Assembly (NCBI GenBank): GCA_021432655.1
Contig: MU271181.1
Coordinates: 139,189-203,188 of the forward strand
Direction of reading: 5' to 3'
DNA: 64,000 nt
DNA from: Atractiella rhizophila
Lineage: Eukaryota
Below, piece by piece: positions 37,800 to 51,390 of the stretch (position 1 is its first letter; each line of letters begins with the position of its first letter). The notes under the pieces were generated by a model, which saw nothing but the letters and a program-made list of their open reading frames with translations, did no database searches and was not told the DNA's origin. A program made the position numbers and the translations under genes.

Positions 37800-39847
37800 G
37801 AAGCATGGGGCAATATTTGAGGAGCCCAAGGCGGACTTTGTTCTCTACAGGCATCTGAGAAAGATGAAATCCGGATTTCGCCACCTCACCATTCGTGTCG
37901 GATCTACAACGATCAAGCAACCGCTGGAGATGAAATATGTTGGGGTGCTCTTAGACTCCAGGTTCAATTTCAACTCTCACCTAAAGGTGATCGAGAAGAT
38001 GGCGAAGTTATCACTCTCCCTCCTAGCAACCCTATCCAACACCACGAAGGGAATCCCCCTACACCTCTATGAGGCTGCAATTTGCACCATGACAGACAAT
38101 AACGCGGTAGTGTGGTACCGAATGGGGAAGAAATCAGGGGCCACAGAACGGCTTGAAATGGTCCAACAATACGCCTAACGCCTCATGCTAGGGGCCTTTT
38201 GCACCACTCCCATCCTGGCACTAGCCTATGATTCAAACCTCGTCCCAGTTGTTGCCCGCCTGGACAAGGCGTTGGCCGGGGCCACTATCAGACTTCTCTC
38301 GCTATCACACTCCAACCCTGCAGGCGTCCTTGCACGTTCCATTTTATCTTCCCCACACTGCCGCTCCCACGCCTCCCCCCTCAACACAGCCTTTTGCTCG
38401 AACAAAATCTCATTCCCGGAGGACCTCGAAATCATCACCTCGTTTATCACCCACCCGGGATGCACCCCTCCCTTCGAAACCATCCTTGTGAACACTAAAG
38501 AAGAAGACATAGAAGAATTCAAATCTCTCAAGCAGGAGGACGATGAAATCTGGGTCTTCACGGATGGGTCTCAAACAGAGGATGGAGTAGCATGCGGCCT
38601 GGTGATAATGGACCGGGACAACAAGGCCGGATACAGAATAGGTGGATGTGATGAGAACACAGTATTTGAGGCAGAGCTGCTGGGGATTGATAGGGACTTG
38701 GCTTTGAGCATCGCACTCAATAAAATATGAGGTTCCCAATCCTCGGTCTGTATATTTACGGATTCCCAAGCCGCTGTCAAGAACCTAGCAAAGAAGCCGA
38801 AATGTAAACCTGGCATCGGTGTCATCAAGAACATCCACCTTCTAGCCACCTCCTTCCGAAAACAATTTCCATTTGCAAATCTCCAACTCCACTGGATCCC
38901 AGGTCATGCTGGCATCAAAGGAAATGAACTGGCAGACTCTGCAGCTAATGGAGCCACAAATAGCAGAGAGGCAACTGGTTCCCACAAAATCCCTCACAGG
39001 CCTTCAGCCTTCCGAGCCACCATCTCAGCATCAAGATTTACACAGAGATATACCTTTTGACATCTTCTTCAGGCAAACACCACAGGTCCCTCTCATGCTC
39101 ACTCCTCCAGGAGGACACATACGACATGCTAGCATCAATGCCTAGGGCCTAGGCATCCATATTCGTCCAGCTTCGATCAGGGCACGATTCAACCAACCAC
39201 TACCTACACAGGATAGGCATCAACGAGGATGATTCATGCAACTACTGTGGCATGCGTGACACAGTTGCCCACTTATTCTTTGAGTGCCAGGAACACGAGC
39301 CAGAAAGAAAGAAGCTCAAAGTCAGACTGAGGAAGAAGGAGTATCCGATTCAGATCGCTTGGGGACCTGTTAAGCAACCCGGAGGCAGTTTCAGCGTCAT
39401 GGGAATTCATTAGAAGGAGCGGCAAATTCACGCTCTAGATCAAAGAGTGCGCAAAGGGTATTGGATAAGAGCAAGGAGGAGAGAAATAAGAAGGGGGATG
39501 GAAAGGAAGAGAGAAAACGGGAAGAATGGGAGGACTAACCACCACCTAGATAAGCCTCTTTTCGGGACATTTCATACATCCTAACTTAGCCATCGCGACT
39601 TAGTGCTCCCCTCACCATGATTACATTCACAGGCTCACTACCTTGCATGGGGTTTCTGGGGTCTTATTGCTTTCTTTTCTCACCCTTCCAGACATTAAAG
39701 TCAGCATGTTATCCCCCACTACGTGTAGAAAACTCCTGGCGACTCTTTATTCTGCTTCTCACCTCGATCTTAACCCCAAATGTAGACTCCGTTGACTATA
39801 GTCTGTATGCTCTGAAATATGACCACAACACCAACAACAACAACAAC
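37800..39847 (+). mobile_element. 5'-truncated LINE (Tad1-like): RT C-terminus, RNase H, zinc finger, 3' UTR and (CAA)n tail
   Basis: MKYVGVLLDSRFNF; VFTDGS...TVFEAELLGI...IFTDSQAA...LHWIPGHAGIKGNELAD; CNYCGMRDTVAHLFFEC; ends in a CAA repeat at 39832-39847. Stops and frameshifts present. Confidence 0.93.
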
Positions 39848-40109
39848 TAAGAACCGCCAATCCTCTGAATCATAGCAAACGAAACTAGTAAGGATTTTGA
39901 CAGTCCTGAGACACCTATTCAATGAGATTGGGAGATAAACTTAGTCCATAACATGTGAAAGTAAAGGGATTGGAATGGAGCCATCAAAACCAGGCACGTC
40001 CTGTCAAACAAACAACTGCAGGGTCATGATGCTTAGGTCATGACTTCACCAAACATAGAACAACAAATAGAATGTAGATTGAGGCAGACAACATTCCCTC
40101 ATTTTGTGC

Positions 40110-41170
40110 AAACTTGATATACTCCAGGAGGCAGACTTGGCACTTCCTCAGTTTGCTTGAACTTCTTGACTGGGTAGAACTGCATTGACTCTCATATGGT
40201 ATCATCATGGCTCACCTCTTTCATGATCTCGATAGGATCCTGTGTATAGACATGATGCTTGACAGTCTTGCCCTCTAACTCCGCTGAAACTATATGGTGT
40301 TGGAACTGTTCATTGCATTAGTAAGAGGTCACTAATGGCTTTAAAGCGAGCTCACCCCTGCTGATATGCTTCGTTTATCCCTCCTTAATGTCTCTTTTAT
40401 GTCCTTGAATGAATCTAAACTGAATTCTGGGAGTCCACAGTACTTGAGGTTCTGAAAAAATCCTGTGGTATCTGATTGTGTCATTCCTTGAGAAAAGGTA
40501 TGGGCAGCCATTTCGTTGTCGATCTTGCTTTTCAATAGATGGTAGGAAGGGAGAGCCAGAACTTTACTAGCAGAGGGAATGATGGATGGATGATCATGGC
40601 ATGAATCTGGATGGTGGTACTGAAAGTATGGGCCACTGGGGATTCTCTTTCAATCTCCATCTTCCTCCTCATTGGAACTGAAGCTGGATGAAGACGGGGA
40701 TGATAAGTTGTTGCCGATGGTAGATAGGATACCGGATGGGAAGTGTTGCGGGAGAGAATTGCCTAGTGGCCCAGAGTCGACAGTGGTGCCGAAACCTGGC
40801 CCTGAATTCAGCTATTGTTGATCTTTTTATTTCGAATGGTTTAATATGAGAACACACAAACCTTGATTATCTTGGATTGCAGCAAAGGGGGATGTGTCAA
40901 TGCCATCTCCATGTTCTTCTGAGAAGTCTGATTCTGAGCACATATGCTCTGCCTTGAAAACTCTTCAGCATCTAGCTTGATCAGCAATACGCATACATCC
41001 TCATCCTTCCTGCCTTCTTCCGTCTACTTGTACCGCTTTCCAACCGGCTCCTTATAGACCAATTGGATGTTGGATTGCATGATGTTTCTTGAGCCCGCCT
41101 TTGGCACACCAGACGACTCGATGGCAATCAGGGAATTCCACTTAATTGCTTGGTAGTTTCTTAATTGCAT
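40110..41170 (-). mobile_element. Plavaka transposase 2, 5' fragment
   Basis: QGMTQSDTTGFFQNLKYCGLPEFSLDSFKDIKE and QDPIEIMKEV...MQFYPVKKFK parallel 45564-45990. Confidence 0.8.
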
Positions 41171-41397
41171 TGATTCTAGTGTAGCGAGGAGCCATTTGAT
41201 TTGAAACAGCACTGAAAACACAGAAAGAGCTGGAAAGACAATGAGGAAGGTGCTGTTTTGATAGACATGTGATGTGTTGCATGAGGTCACACTTGTTTAC
41301 TTTGGCCCAGTGGGCTTGAAAAGGGACGTTTCCTTCTCCTTTTCTTGCACTTGAACAACATGATCACTGTGCTTCTCAATATATACAAAAGGGAATC

Positions 41398-41470
41398 ATG
41401 TCAGACCAAGAAAAGGATACAAGAAAAGCTTGTAAGAGGAAGTATAGAATGTTGAAAGCTCAAGGAATTC
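41398..41470 (+). pseudogene. Start of accessory gene of Plavaka element 2
   Basis: Begins ATGTCAGACCAAGAAA (MSDQE), identical to the first 16 nt of the minus-strand accessory gene starting near 44725; divergent from Plavaka 2. Confidence 0.6.
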
Positions 41471-41624
41471 CCGTCATTCGAGGGAGTAACCTGCAGGATA
41501 GCTGGGACTGCATGGAAGTCAATGGGTTGAAGGTTTTTGATGGGACAAAGGGTATATCTGGGATGCCTGTCAAAAGTTTCAAAGGGCTGCAAGATGTTAA
41601 AGGACATGTAATTACAATCAGAAC

Positions 41625-41790
41625 GTGTTGGAGAAATATAAAATGTTAGTAATACTTTCTTCATGAACATTCTGGAAGTTTCTATTTGCTACAAGCTCTC
41701 ATGTATATAAACACCTGTTCTTGTGTTTCTGCTGCTCATGCGTTTGCAAGAGCTCAGTCAAACGTGATACATTTGTTTGAGGTTAACAAA
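41625..41790 (-). repeat. Inverted dispersed copy of about 24985-25150
   Basis: Reverse complement shares AAATAGAAACTTCCAGAATGTTCATGAAGAAAGTATTACTAACATTTTATA and CATGAGCAGCAGAAACACAAGAACAGGTGTTTATATACATGAGAGCTTGT. Confidence 0.92.
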
Positions 41791-41879
41791 GCAGCAGAGA
41801 AAAACCACAAAATCCTCGAAGTGGAGGGCTTTAGTTGTTCTAATGTCAGTGTGGAATTGATTAGAAGCCTTACGTCATA

Positions 41880-42625
41880 GAACGCGAGCCTCCTGGGAAG
41901 CTTCTGCATTGCCTGTCCTCCGTACCCTCAGGAATCGGTTCTTGAGTTTGTTGACTGCCTTCTTCTTCTCTGTGAGCTGGGCTGTCCACCACCATTTCGT
42001 TGGAAGATTTTCCAAAGCTCTTGGGGGCAGCTTTAAGGCTTTTACCAATGCCTGGTGAGATCCTCCACAGCCTTGTCTATTGCCTCCTGTGTCGAGAGCT
42101 GACCTGCATCCCTGGGGAAATCTGCTAGTAAATGAGATTGTTGTAGTGATTCTCTTACCAACTCCCAATCAGCTGACTGGAAGGTATAACGTGGATGTGG
42201 ATCAAAAGCAGGTGGGATAAGAGACGGGGTGGTGAGCAGCCTGCAGTGATCAGAGTTGTGGCTGTCTCCTGCTTGGTCAGTAACGCAGTATGAAATGAAT
42301 TTGTTAGCTGATTCGTTAGTGAAATGAGATCAATAGTGGTTTCGTGCCCAAGTGCACTAATGAAGATGGGGATGCCTGCTTGTGATCTCAGCGATAGACC
42401 TAATTCCTGAAATCTCTCCAGGAGAAGAGTGGCATTGTTGTCAGATCTCGTGTATCCTGGAGGGTTCCATTCGAGATGGCGCAAGTTGAAGTCTCCTCCG
42501 ATGTATATTAGATCATCATCTCTGAGTAGGCCACTTGTGCGTATTTCCTCTATGATGGAGGCTGCATCGTGTATGGGTTGGGTCTTTCCACCCACATTGT
42601 AAATGTTGGATAACTAGTAGTCGTT
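41880..42625 (-). mobile_element. LINE AP-endonuclease fragment
   Basis: NIYN...IGGDFNLRHLEW...ETTIDL APE motifs, followed by a WWWT motif typical of the linker before RT. Confidence 0.88.
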
Positions 42626-43243
42626 CTCCACCTGGGAGGAAGAAGATGGCAGAGGAGATATCTTCAAAATTGCTTGAGGGGTCAAAATAGGATTCTCCAG
42701 AAAAGGAGTTTCTGTTGACGAGTAGTATGGATCAGGAGATTCCCGATCTTGAGTCAGATGTTTTGACCATTTTTGAGGCTACACACTTGTAGCCAGGGTA
42801 AAGTAAAAGAGAGCTGCTATCAGGCATAACTGGGGGGGGGGCTCCTGTATTAATATGATGTCTGCATATCTACATCTGAGTTCATAAAAGAGTGAGTGAC
42901 AGAGCCCCTTTTGTGATGGTTCTGCTGTATGATGGAAATATGTTTCTTTGAATGGAGAGAGGAAGATTGGGTGAAAGGATTAAATGGAGGTACGAAATCA
43001 TAGTTATCTGTAGTAATGCTAGCTTCACATAACCACGAAAATGTGTCTTGGTTCATTCGATAATATCTTTGTCGCCGATGCCTGGCAGTTCTGCTGTTCT
43101 CTTCCTACATTGGGTCTGCATGGATGGCTGTGTTCCTTCATTTATACTGCCGTCAGACATGCACTCTTCTTGATATTAACATAAAAATAGACAAGAATAT
43201 GCTATCTACAATACTTTTGCTATATGCTTGTAAGGAGATGTTT

Positions 43244-44725
43244 CTATTCTTCAACTTCTTCCTCCTCCGGGTTGAAGTCAACTTCAAATCCTTCTAAAAT
43301 GTCTGCGTCGCTTGTATCATGGTGTGGTGCGGAAGAATCCCTTTCAGCATTGTCCTGTGGAAAGACTTCCTTATTCCATATAGAGATAAGGTCCATAAAT
43401 TTGTCCTCATGCTGTACTCGGATGGTTGAGAGGAGTTTGACCGTTCTTTCGAAATGTTGTCGATAGTCGTTGACTTCTGTTGTACCCGGTTTGATGGGTA
43501 CTGTCCCTTTGGCAGAAAAAGCCACATCGCCACTAAGTGCATATCGAGCCTTCTGGAGCGTGAACATTGTGTTATTTTAAGCATGGATGGGGACATACCA
43601 AAGTGGAGGAATAAGCCATCAATGGAATTGTTATTTGATGGATTGACAGGTTGCTTCCCATGGTTGCTCCGCGAGCACGATGATTTACACTTGTGATAGT
43701 GGCAGATCCGTGAACAATGATGCGTGCAATCTTCAATTTGTAATCAGCAGTTGCTTGGGACAAAAGGGATTCTTACTCTGAAGAGAGCTGGGGAACGAAG
43801 ATATGCAGCAGCCTTGATTGATTTTTGGGGCGAGCTAGTGCCTCGAGCAGGGACTTCGTAAGCAGCGTAAATGTAACTTTAGTGGTTGATATATCGCTGG
43901 ATTTCTTCATCTTCCTGACGATTTTTTTGGATCTTCAGTTCTGCAGACATCGAAGATTTAATTTCGAAGATGTCAACAAGATTACTGCACATTCTAAGAG
44001 CATTGTCGCTTTTCTGTTCAGCAAGACCGCATTGTACCTAGAGCTCAATATCAAAATGCAGCATTACATTGAGTGAAAGTAAATACTTCACTCTGGAACC
44101 AGGCACTGCTGTGCCATTGAACAGCTTCAGGCGGAAGCTGCCCAAAGATGAATTTGAGGAAGTTAGACTTCCGGTACTGACGACGGACCTCCCGTTCTTG
44201 ATTCCTTCGCTGCCTATCTCTTCTCTCCTCACTATCTTCCTCCTCTCCACCTTCATCATCATCAGATACCACATCTGGTTCCGCATCTTGTGGATATTCT
44301 GAGGTGTCTGATCGTTTGGCAAACAAAGACACTCTCAAGATGTGTTGGCCAAGGATGGTAGAGGAGCACCGCAGCCTTGCCAGCACGATAAGCTTGAACT
44401 TTGGCTAGTTTAGAAGGTGCAGAAGGGATGACCCGAGTAGAGCGGCATCTTTTAGAGGGAGGCTCATCTGAATGAAGCTGCTCTTTCACTGCTTCAAGCT
44501 CTTCTCGCATTTGGGCGTGCTCTTCTCCCCAGGTCTGCTCGTTTTCCTCTGCTCTTGCCACAGCCTCTTGTAGCAACATCAATTCTCGATGTACATCATT
44601 ACGCTACAAACATGTCGTCCACTCCCTTCCTTGCTGAACAAAAGAAATGGCGCACCTGCCGCTTCAGAGCCCTGTACAGCTCCCTGTAATTTTTTCCTCT
44701 GTGTCTACTTTCTTGGTCTGACATT
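43244..44725 (-). pseudogene. Accessory gene of Plavaka element 1 (DUF6698-like)
   Basis: Coiled-coil N-terminus, KAAVLLYHPW, and C-terminal ITIPLMAYSSTL/ARYALS...DYRQHF...LISIWNKEVFP; multi-exon with frameshifts. Confidence 0.65.
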
Positions 44726-44870
44726 TGCCCTTGAATGTTGTGCTGGAGAGAAAGAGTTGTGGGCTTTTATAGCCGTAAGAAGAAGGTAAACAAGAATGAC
44801 GTCATGACCTCAAGATGCATCTGCTGTTCTCATCATGATAAATAAGTTATTATTTCTCCATCAAACGCCC

Positions 44871-47800
44871 ATGGCTCCTCAAAACACAAAAGTAAACGCA
44901 ATCAAAACCTTACCCGCTGGCAAAGTAGAAATGCCCTGACTGCCACAAAGTGTTTTCTTTCGCCAAAGGCGGCATTAAAAGACATCGTGCACTCCAGCAC
45001 CCAAAGCCTGCTCAATGAGCAGGCTGGAAAGCCATCAAGCTTGATGGAAGGCGAGTTGGAATATTGTCTGAGAATATGAGTACACTTTCTTCATCATTTC
45101 ATATTGCTGATAATTGAAGCAAGGATATCCCCGACTCAGATGGTTCCGAATCAAATAATGAGGAGGATAATTCGAAGGACGGCACTTGCTCTTGGGTTCA
45201 CCACCAACGTGATCGTGTTTCCAACTTGTTTTCAGCTTCCTTAAGAACACACTACTGACATGTGCACTTATTGAAGAGGCTCTCAACGTATCACAACCCT
45301 ACCAATCTCCGGATCTGTCCATCCCAACGACCTTGCCTCTCTTATATTCATCATCCAATCCAGTTTCCACTCCAACCTCCCCTTTATCTGACAATGAGGA
45401 ATAGCACTTCTACAAACTCGGTGGCCCGTATTTCCAGCTTCTTCATCCGGATTCACTTTCTACAACTCCTTTTTCGTACCATTGCCGCCACACTCATTTC
45501 AAATCCGCTAGTACAAGAGAATTATCTCCCTATCATCCCTTTAAAACCGAAGCTGATTTTGATATGGGATCTCATGTCTTTCATCAAGGAATGACACAAC
45601 GGGACACTACGGCATACTTTCGCAACCTCAAGAAGCACGGCTTACCGCACTTTACACTCGACTCCTTCAAAGATCTTAGAGAAACACCCAAGAAGGACAG
45701 GATGAGTGTCACCACTGAGGTGCGTCATTTTATCAAACACAATGCATTGACTTATGCCGGTTAGTTTCAAGAACACCTGATTTCGGCTGAGTTTGATGGA
45801 AAAGTGATACAACATCGTATATTTCTTCGAGATCCAATTGATATTATGAAGGAAGTGATTCAGGACGACTCCACCCGCCAGCATATGCAATTTTATCCTA
45901 TCAAAAAGTTCAAAAAGACTGGGAACCCGCCGTTCTGCAATGTGAGGGCATATGATGAGCTGTGGACTACTAAGCGCTGGTGGAAGCTTTAAGTGAGTCG
46001 CCTTCATGTTATTCACTCACAAGAGTATCATACTCAAATGTTCTCAGGACTTGTTACCCAATCACAACGGGTGCATTGGTGCCATCATCCTATATTCGGA
46101 TGGGACGAACACAGTGAAATTCGGACAAAAGACAGTTCACCCGATCTATATGTGGCTGGGGAATGTACCTTTACAAGAGAGGAGTGCTAGTGGAAAGGGA
46201 GGGTGCCAACTCATTGGCTTTCAGCCGAAAGAAAGTACAATAGCTTTCCCTATTACTTTATGACATCGATTAATGAGTGAGTAGATTTCAGGTACAGAAC
46301 AGCAGAAAAAAAAACAAAAAGTTTCGCCTATATCGTCGCTCGGTCTATCATAAAGTTTTGCGGATTGGCCTCAGGCAAATACGGCGATTTGAATAAGTGG
46401 GTTTCAGGGTTAGAGTTGGCAACGAGTTCAACAAGCTGGTGTTTCCACACCTTTTCCTTTTGCAGGCTGATCTTGCAGAGCTGTACATCATTTCAAATAG
46501 TGACTTTCTCAAAAACTTGAAATGTACCTTGAGAGCAGCTTCAAAGGATAAAATCTTCTTATTTCACAGCACTGCGATTTGATCTTCATCTTGAACGTGC
46601 ATCTTGACAAGAAGCTCAAAGACAGCTAATGATCGTAAGGCAGGAATAACCTCTTGTTCGATCTCAGCGGGAAGAATCCCGATCATAGCAACAATTAGGC
46701 ACTGCCAATTCTATGATTAGATATCAGCAATACTGAAACGGAGAGGTACCTTCATTGCATCCTGAATTTCCATGCAGGAAAGCTCTCCAGGCTAGTCAAT
46801 CCTCGTTTGGGGACATGGCGTAAAGAGCCATAGGGATGTAAGGAGAGGAGACTGTAATAAAAATTGATAAACAAACTGGATCTACACAAACAATTACTCA
46901 CTATGAGTCCACCTTCTCATTCTTTGCTGTCGATAGCTTCTCAAAAATCTTCTGCATAATGTGATCCTTGTACAATCCACCAAAAACATGTAATGAGTCC
47001 GCTCCAATGGCATCATAAACATCTCTACACCGCAAGCGATAGAAAGCAGACTACCGAGGCATAAGATCCAGCTGCAGAGGGGATGGTAACGCACTTTTCA
47101 GGACATAGTGACGAAGTACTTGTCAACTCTTTAAACGGTGCAGTTGCGCAGTCATGCTGTTCCGTCTGCTGGTATTGCTCTAGATGAAATTGAGCCTGTT
47201 CCACTGTTCTCTTTGGGAATTGATGAGAGAGGAGGTGGAGGTGTTCTTTGGGGACAAGGCAAACAGGACATCTGAATTTAGAGTTAACTCCAAGAAGGAG
47301 GAGCATATTGTAACTTGTCGTAGTAGTTGGACTTATGTCATTGAATGTTGGGGTTTAGACACTGCACGAGCATTTTGGCATGTCGACTAAATTTCCAAAG
47401 TGTCACCTACCTGTACATTTTGTTGACATGATCAGCAAAGGTGGAACACTGGACCATCAGACCACTGCACATGGGGAGCGAGCGCACCGTCCTCTCAAAG
47501 AGAACGTCATCGCTCGTGCTGTTCGCAGTACGATCGATGGAGAAACTGAAGAATCAGTGAGTTCACATATTCACAGTTAACTTTAGCTCAAGCAGGTACT
47601 TAGATGGCGCTTCGTGCATTTGAATTGATGCAGCTCCAAGCGATTCAATGACGGGTTGATGCAGCCAATGCATCGCGGCTTGACCGTGGTGCACAGGAAC
47701 AACGTTCGCCTCAGCATGACACGTCAACTTTCTATCTCTGCAGCTCGTCAAAGGATTTTTATATTAAAACCTACTTCTGCAAAATAGCCATAGAATTCAA

Positions 47801-48374
47801 CACACGTCAAGATCGTATCAATGCTCTTCAACTCTTTCTCCTTCGGCTGATCAATCCTTCGACCCTAGCGCGTGTCCGCCAACAGCAGCTGCCGCAGATT
47901 GATCCGTCTATGGTATGTCCAGCTTCAATTCAAGATAGTCATTGATGTATCTCCCAGATTTGTGATTACATGCTCTTCCATTGCCCGTTTAACTCATGGA
48001 TGGATGAAAGGGAGTACGAAGACCTCATCCGCTGCCACCCCGATTGGCAAACAAGCGGGAAACCACGCTACGATGATGTAATAATCAGAAATGAAGACTG
48101 CACTATCTCTTTTCGGCAACTAGTCCGTTTGTTTTCTTGTCGTGTGGATGGGCAGGAGTTCCAGCTGTTATTACTTCGTGAATACCAGTGGGTCGGAAGG
48201 CACCATTTGTCAGGGATGCCTTTCATCAAAGAACAGGAGGTATTCAGATTCCATCTTCCCACTAGTATTGTTTGCAGTTGCTATGTTCAACCAGATCCCA
48301 TTGACGATGGTTTCTACCATGTCAATGATCTGGCAGAAGCAGATCTATTTCTTCGGTTTCAAAATTTATCCTAA
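44871..48374 (+). mobile_element. Plavaka transposase 1 (decayed, with internal inversion)
   Basis: RDPIDIM...ELWTTKRWW, IILYSDGT...HPIYMWLGN, LQADLAE, [inverted CPVCLVP, DSLH], FPKCH...TAHGERAH, IRCHPDW...RYDDV. Confidence 0.9.
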
Positions 48375-50589
48375 TCATTAGGCTCACTATATATTGACTT
48401 GAAGTACATGCTCGTGTCGTAAAAATTACAATTTTCAGTCTCATTAATGACCAGTACCTAACCAGGACCCATCAGATCATGCATAGTCCATCATTCAGTC
48501 ATCAGGCTTGACCATTTCTCTGTAGGTAGTGATCAGTACCCGTTCCCGTCCCCTCAGACGTGAGGGCCGTCAGGAAATGATCAGTCATTAAAGCTTTTCA
48601 TGATGTCTATCATCCAACAAAACCATCACAAGAGAAACAGTCTCTCATTCCTCCATGAATTCAGACGATAGGAAAGCAGACATTATTTCAATACAGAACC
48701 TCCCACCACTCTTCCAGACAGCAGAAGTCTTATTATATATCCAGGATACAAATGTATTGCCTCAAAAAAAAGTGAAAACATCAGACTCTAGGTCAGAAGT
48801 TTCATGATCAATTATCCACATTAACAATGAGTGGCACTTGCCGTGCAGTTTGATGCCTCAACACACCCTCTCTTCCCACTCTTCAACAGATTACAAAATG
48901 ATCCCAGTGCCCTCACTCTCCTCACCTACAGCTCTGTGTCAAACTTTCCCTTCCCCAGATATTTCTTGATTGCTGCTGCTTTCTCCTTCCATTTCGCACT
49001 CTCTTCCTTTGTATGCTTATTAAAATGGTGACGTCTGTAGCAAGACGTTGTCAGGTTTTCATCATCTTTTGTCCTCGAATGCTTCTCATTTGTTATCATG
49101 CTTTGAGTCAAGGTGGAACAGGAAATGGAACTGGAGAGAGGAGCCAAGGCAGAATGCAGATGAGTGCAAGCTGATTGGGAATTAAGTGATGAAGATAAGG
49201 GAAGTGTGTTGACAATCAATTTCATACTTGTTGTCTTCATCAGAAAGGTCTACAAAGCTGTCATTGAGAGAGTTTGGAAGGCAAGAAAGAGGAACAAGTC
49301 AGGGAAAAGGAGTAGAGGATGATGGTGATAGAGCTTAAGAATGTATTGTAGAATGTATTGTGAAGCTGAAGTCATCCAGCTTCATATAATTTCTGTGAAG
49401 AATCGTCAGAGTCTGAAGTGATGACAAACAGACATACTGTGCCCTCTTTTTCGCTCCTCCTCATGCCTCTCTTTTGTTGTCCTCCCTTGGTTGTGCTCCA
49501 ACTTCAAGTATCCAACACCAGCTGTCCTTGCTCTCTTCAACCAACCCTCTCCAATCTCCCACTGTTCTTTATCCTTTTCCTTCACCAACTCATCATAACA
49601 GATCCTGGAAGCTCATCCAGAACAATGAGGAGCTTCTCTCGACACTCTCTTGTCGATTGGGGAGAAAAAAAGGAAAGAAAACACATCAAGCCTACTTATC
49701 AGTCCAGACTAGCGGTGAAGTGCACATGTTTGGCAAGGCATCCAGAACACAACACAAATGGAACAAACGGATGACATCCACCGATCTCCAACAATACTGT
49801 ACATCCTCTTGCAGCTCGTCCTGATTCCATGTTGAACTCCTCCAAAAATCACCCAAACACACATTTGTATAATCTTCGATAAAAACATGCTGAAGGATCT
49901 TCCTCACTTTAAGGGGTCCCAACACCTCTACATGCCTTGCCAGGTGAAATCCCAGTCCATGGTGCTCAGATCGAGGCAAGGCGCCAACTTGCTCCTCAAT
50001 GGGCAGGTCGGCAACATGGTCATTGATGAGTCCATTCGTCCCTTGTTAAGGACAAATGCTCATTGTGTTCTCACATCAACACCAATGTCACTTTTTCAAA
50101 AATTTCCCTCAATTGTAAGGTCTCCTCCCCCTCACTTTAAGAGGCCCTACTCCTCTGCATGCCTCACTGGATGAATCCCTAGTCACACTGTTGAACATAG
50201 GCCAAGGCGAGGTGTTAACCTGTTCCTCAATGAATAGATTGGCGACCGGACCGTTGGTGAGTTGTCCAGCCCTTTTTTGTAGGATGGACGTGCCCTAACA
50301 GTAAGACAGTATATTCTAACTTGCATTGAGTTTACTTTGTTAAGGTAGGCAAATGTACTTTTTGGCACCTAATATGGGAAATCGCAATGGCACTAAGGAA
50401 ATTGTGTTCAGTTCAGTCTAGTGCTGTTTGGTGTTGTAGAGGACCTACACATAACATTTGCAGCCAAGCAAGAGGCACTAAGCTAATAGCTTTCTGCTTC
50501 CAGCCACAGGTTTGAGTATAATACTAATAATTTCATCTCCTCAGAATAAGATTTCTTCACAGGTTTAGGAAGGGACAAGCACATTGGTT

Positions 50590-51390
50590 AAGATGTAATT
50601 TATTTCATTGAGAGGGTTAATGTGACGGCTTTGAGGAGTTTCAGGTGGGGAAGGGACATGGAATGGTGGACGAAGCTCCAAACGAAACCAATGTACTTGA
50701 ATGGGTGAGTGAAAACGAATGCCTTCTTTCTGTTAATGTGAACGCCTAACTTTTCTAGGATATCCAGGATGTCCTTCTGATCGTACCACTGAGAGGCAGA
50801 GCGAGATCTAAAAAACAGGTTGTCATCAACCCAGTGAATGGCAATCCAGAAGAGTGAAGAGACAAAGTCAATCCAGCAGTCATTTAGGAGCCTGTAATTG
50901 CCGGGGCAAGAAGCGCAAACAAAGGAGGCCACCGTGTCTACCTAGAAGTGACCTTCGAAGTCCTGGAAAACAAAGTAGCGCCTTGAGTCCGGGCTAGCTG
51001 GGAAAGTCCTGAAAGCATCTTTGATGTCCAGAATCATCACCTCAGTGTCTTGTGGGAGTGAGAGGAGTAAGTGCCGCATCGTTGGGAAGCTGTCCCACCT
51101 GTTGCTGAAGAAGGTTGTGTCAATGTACTCGTTGATTGATTTTAGGGTACAGAGTTCTGAGAGTGGGGTTTCTGGGAGAAATCAACAATAAGCCGGAACT
51201 CGCCGGGTGCTCCTGCCTTGTCGACTATGGAGATTGGGCTAGCCCTCCAGACTCCATCAAAGGTTGTGTCCAGGGTAGACTCTGGGAATGTGCCGAGGAG
51301 ATGGTTACGCACACGTTCCTCCTGGCACCAACTGCACACGAAGGCTTTCTTTGCTTCAGAGGAGTGAAGGGCAGAAGTGTTCGGGGGTGA
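50590..51390 (-). mobile_element. DIRS/Ngaro-type reverse transcriptase remnant
   Basis: WRASPISIVDK...FRLIVDFS, SINEYID, LDIKDAFR, HWVDD and FKYIGFVW; stops present; no tyrosine recombinase seen. Confidence 0.7.

Noticed and set aside
49700..50170. Possible second LINE ORF1 fragment
   Set aside because: Resemblance too weak; no intact knuckle.
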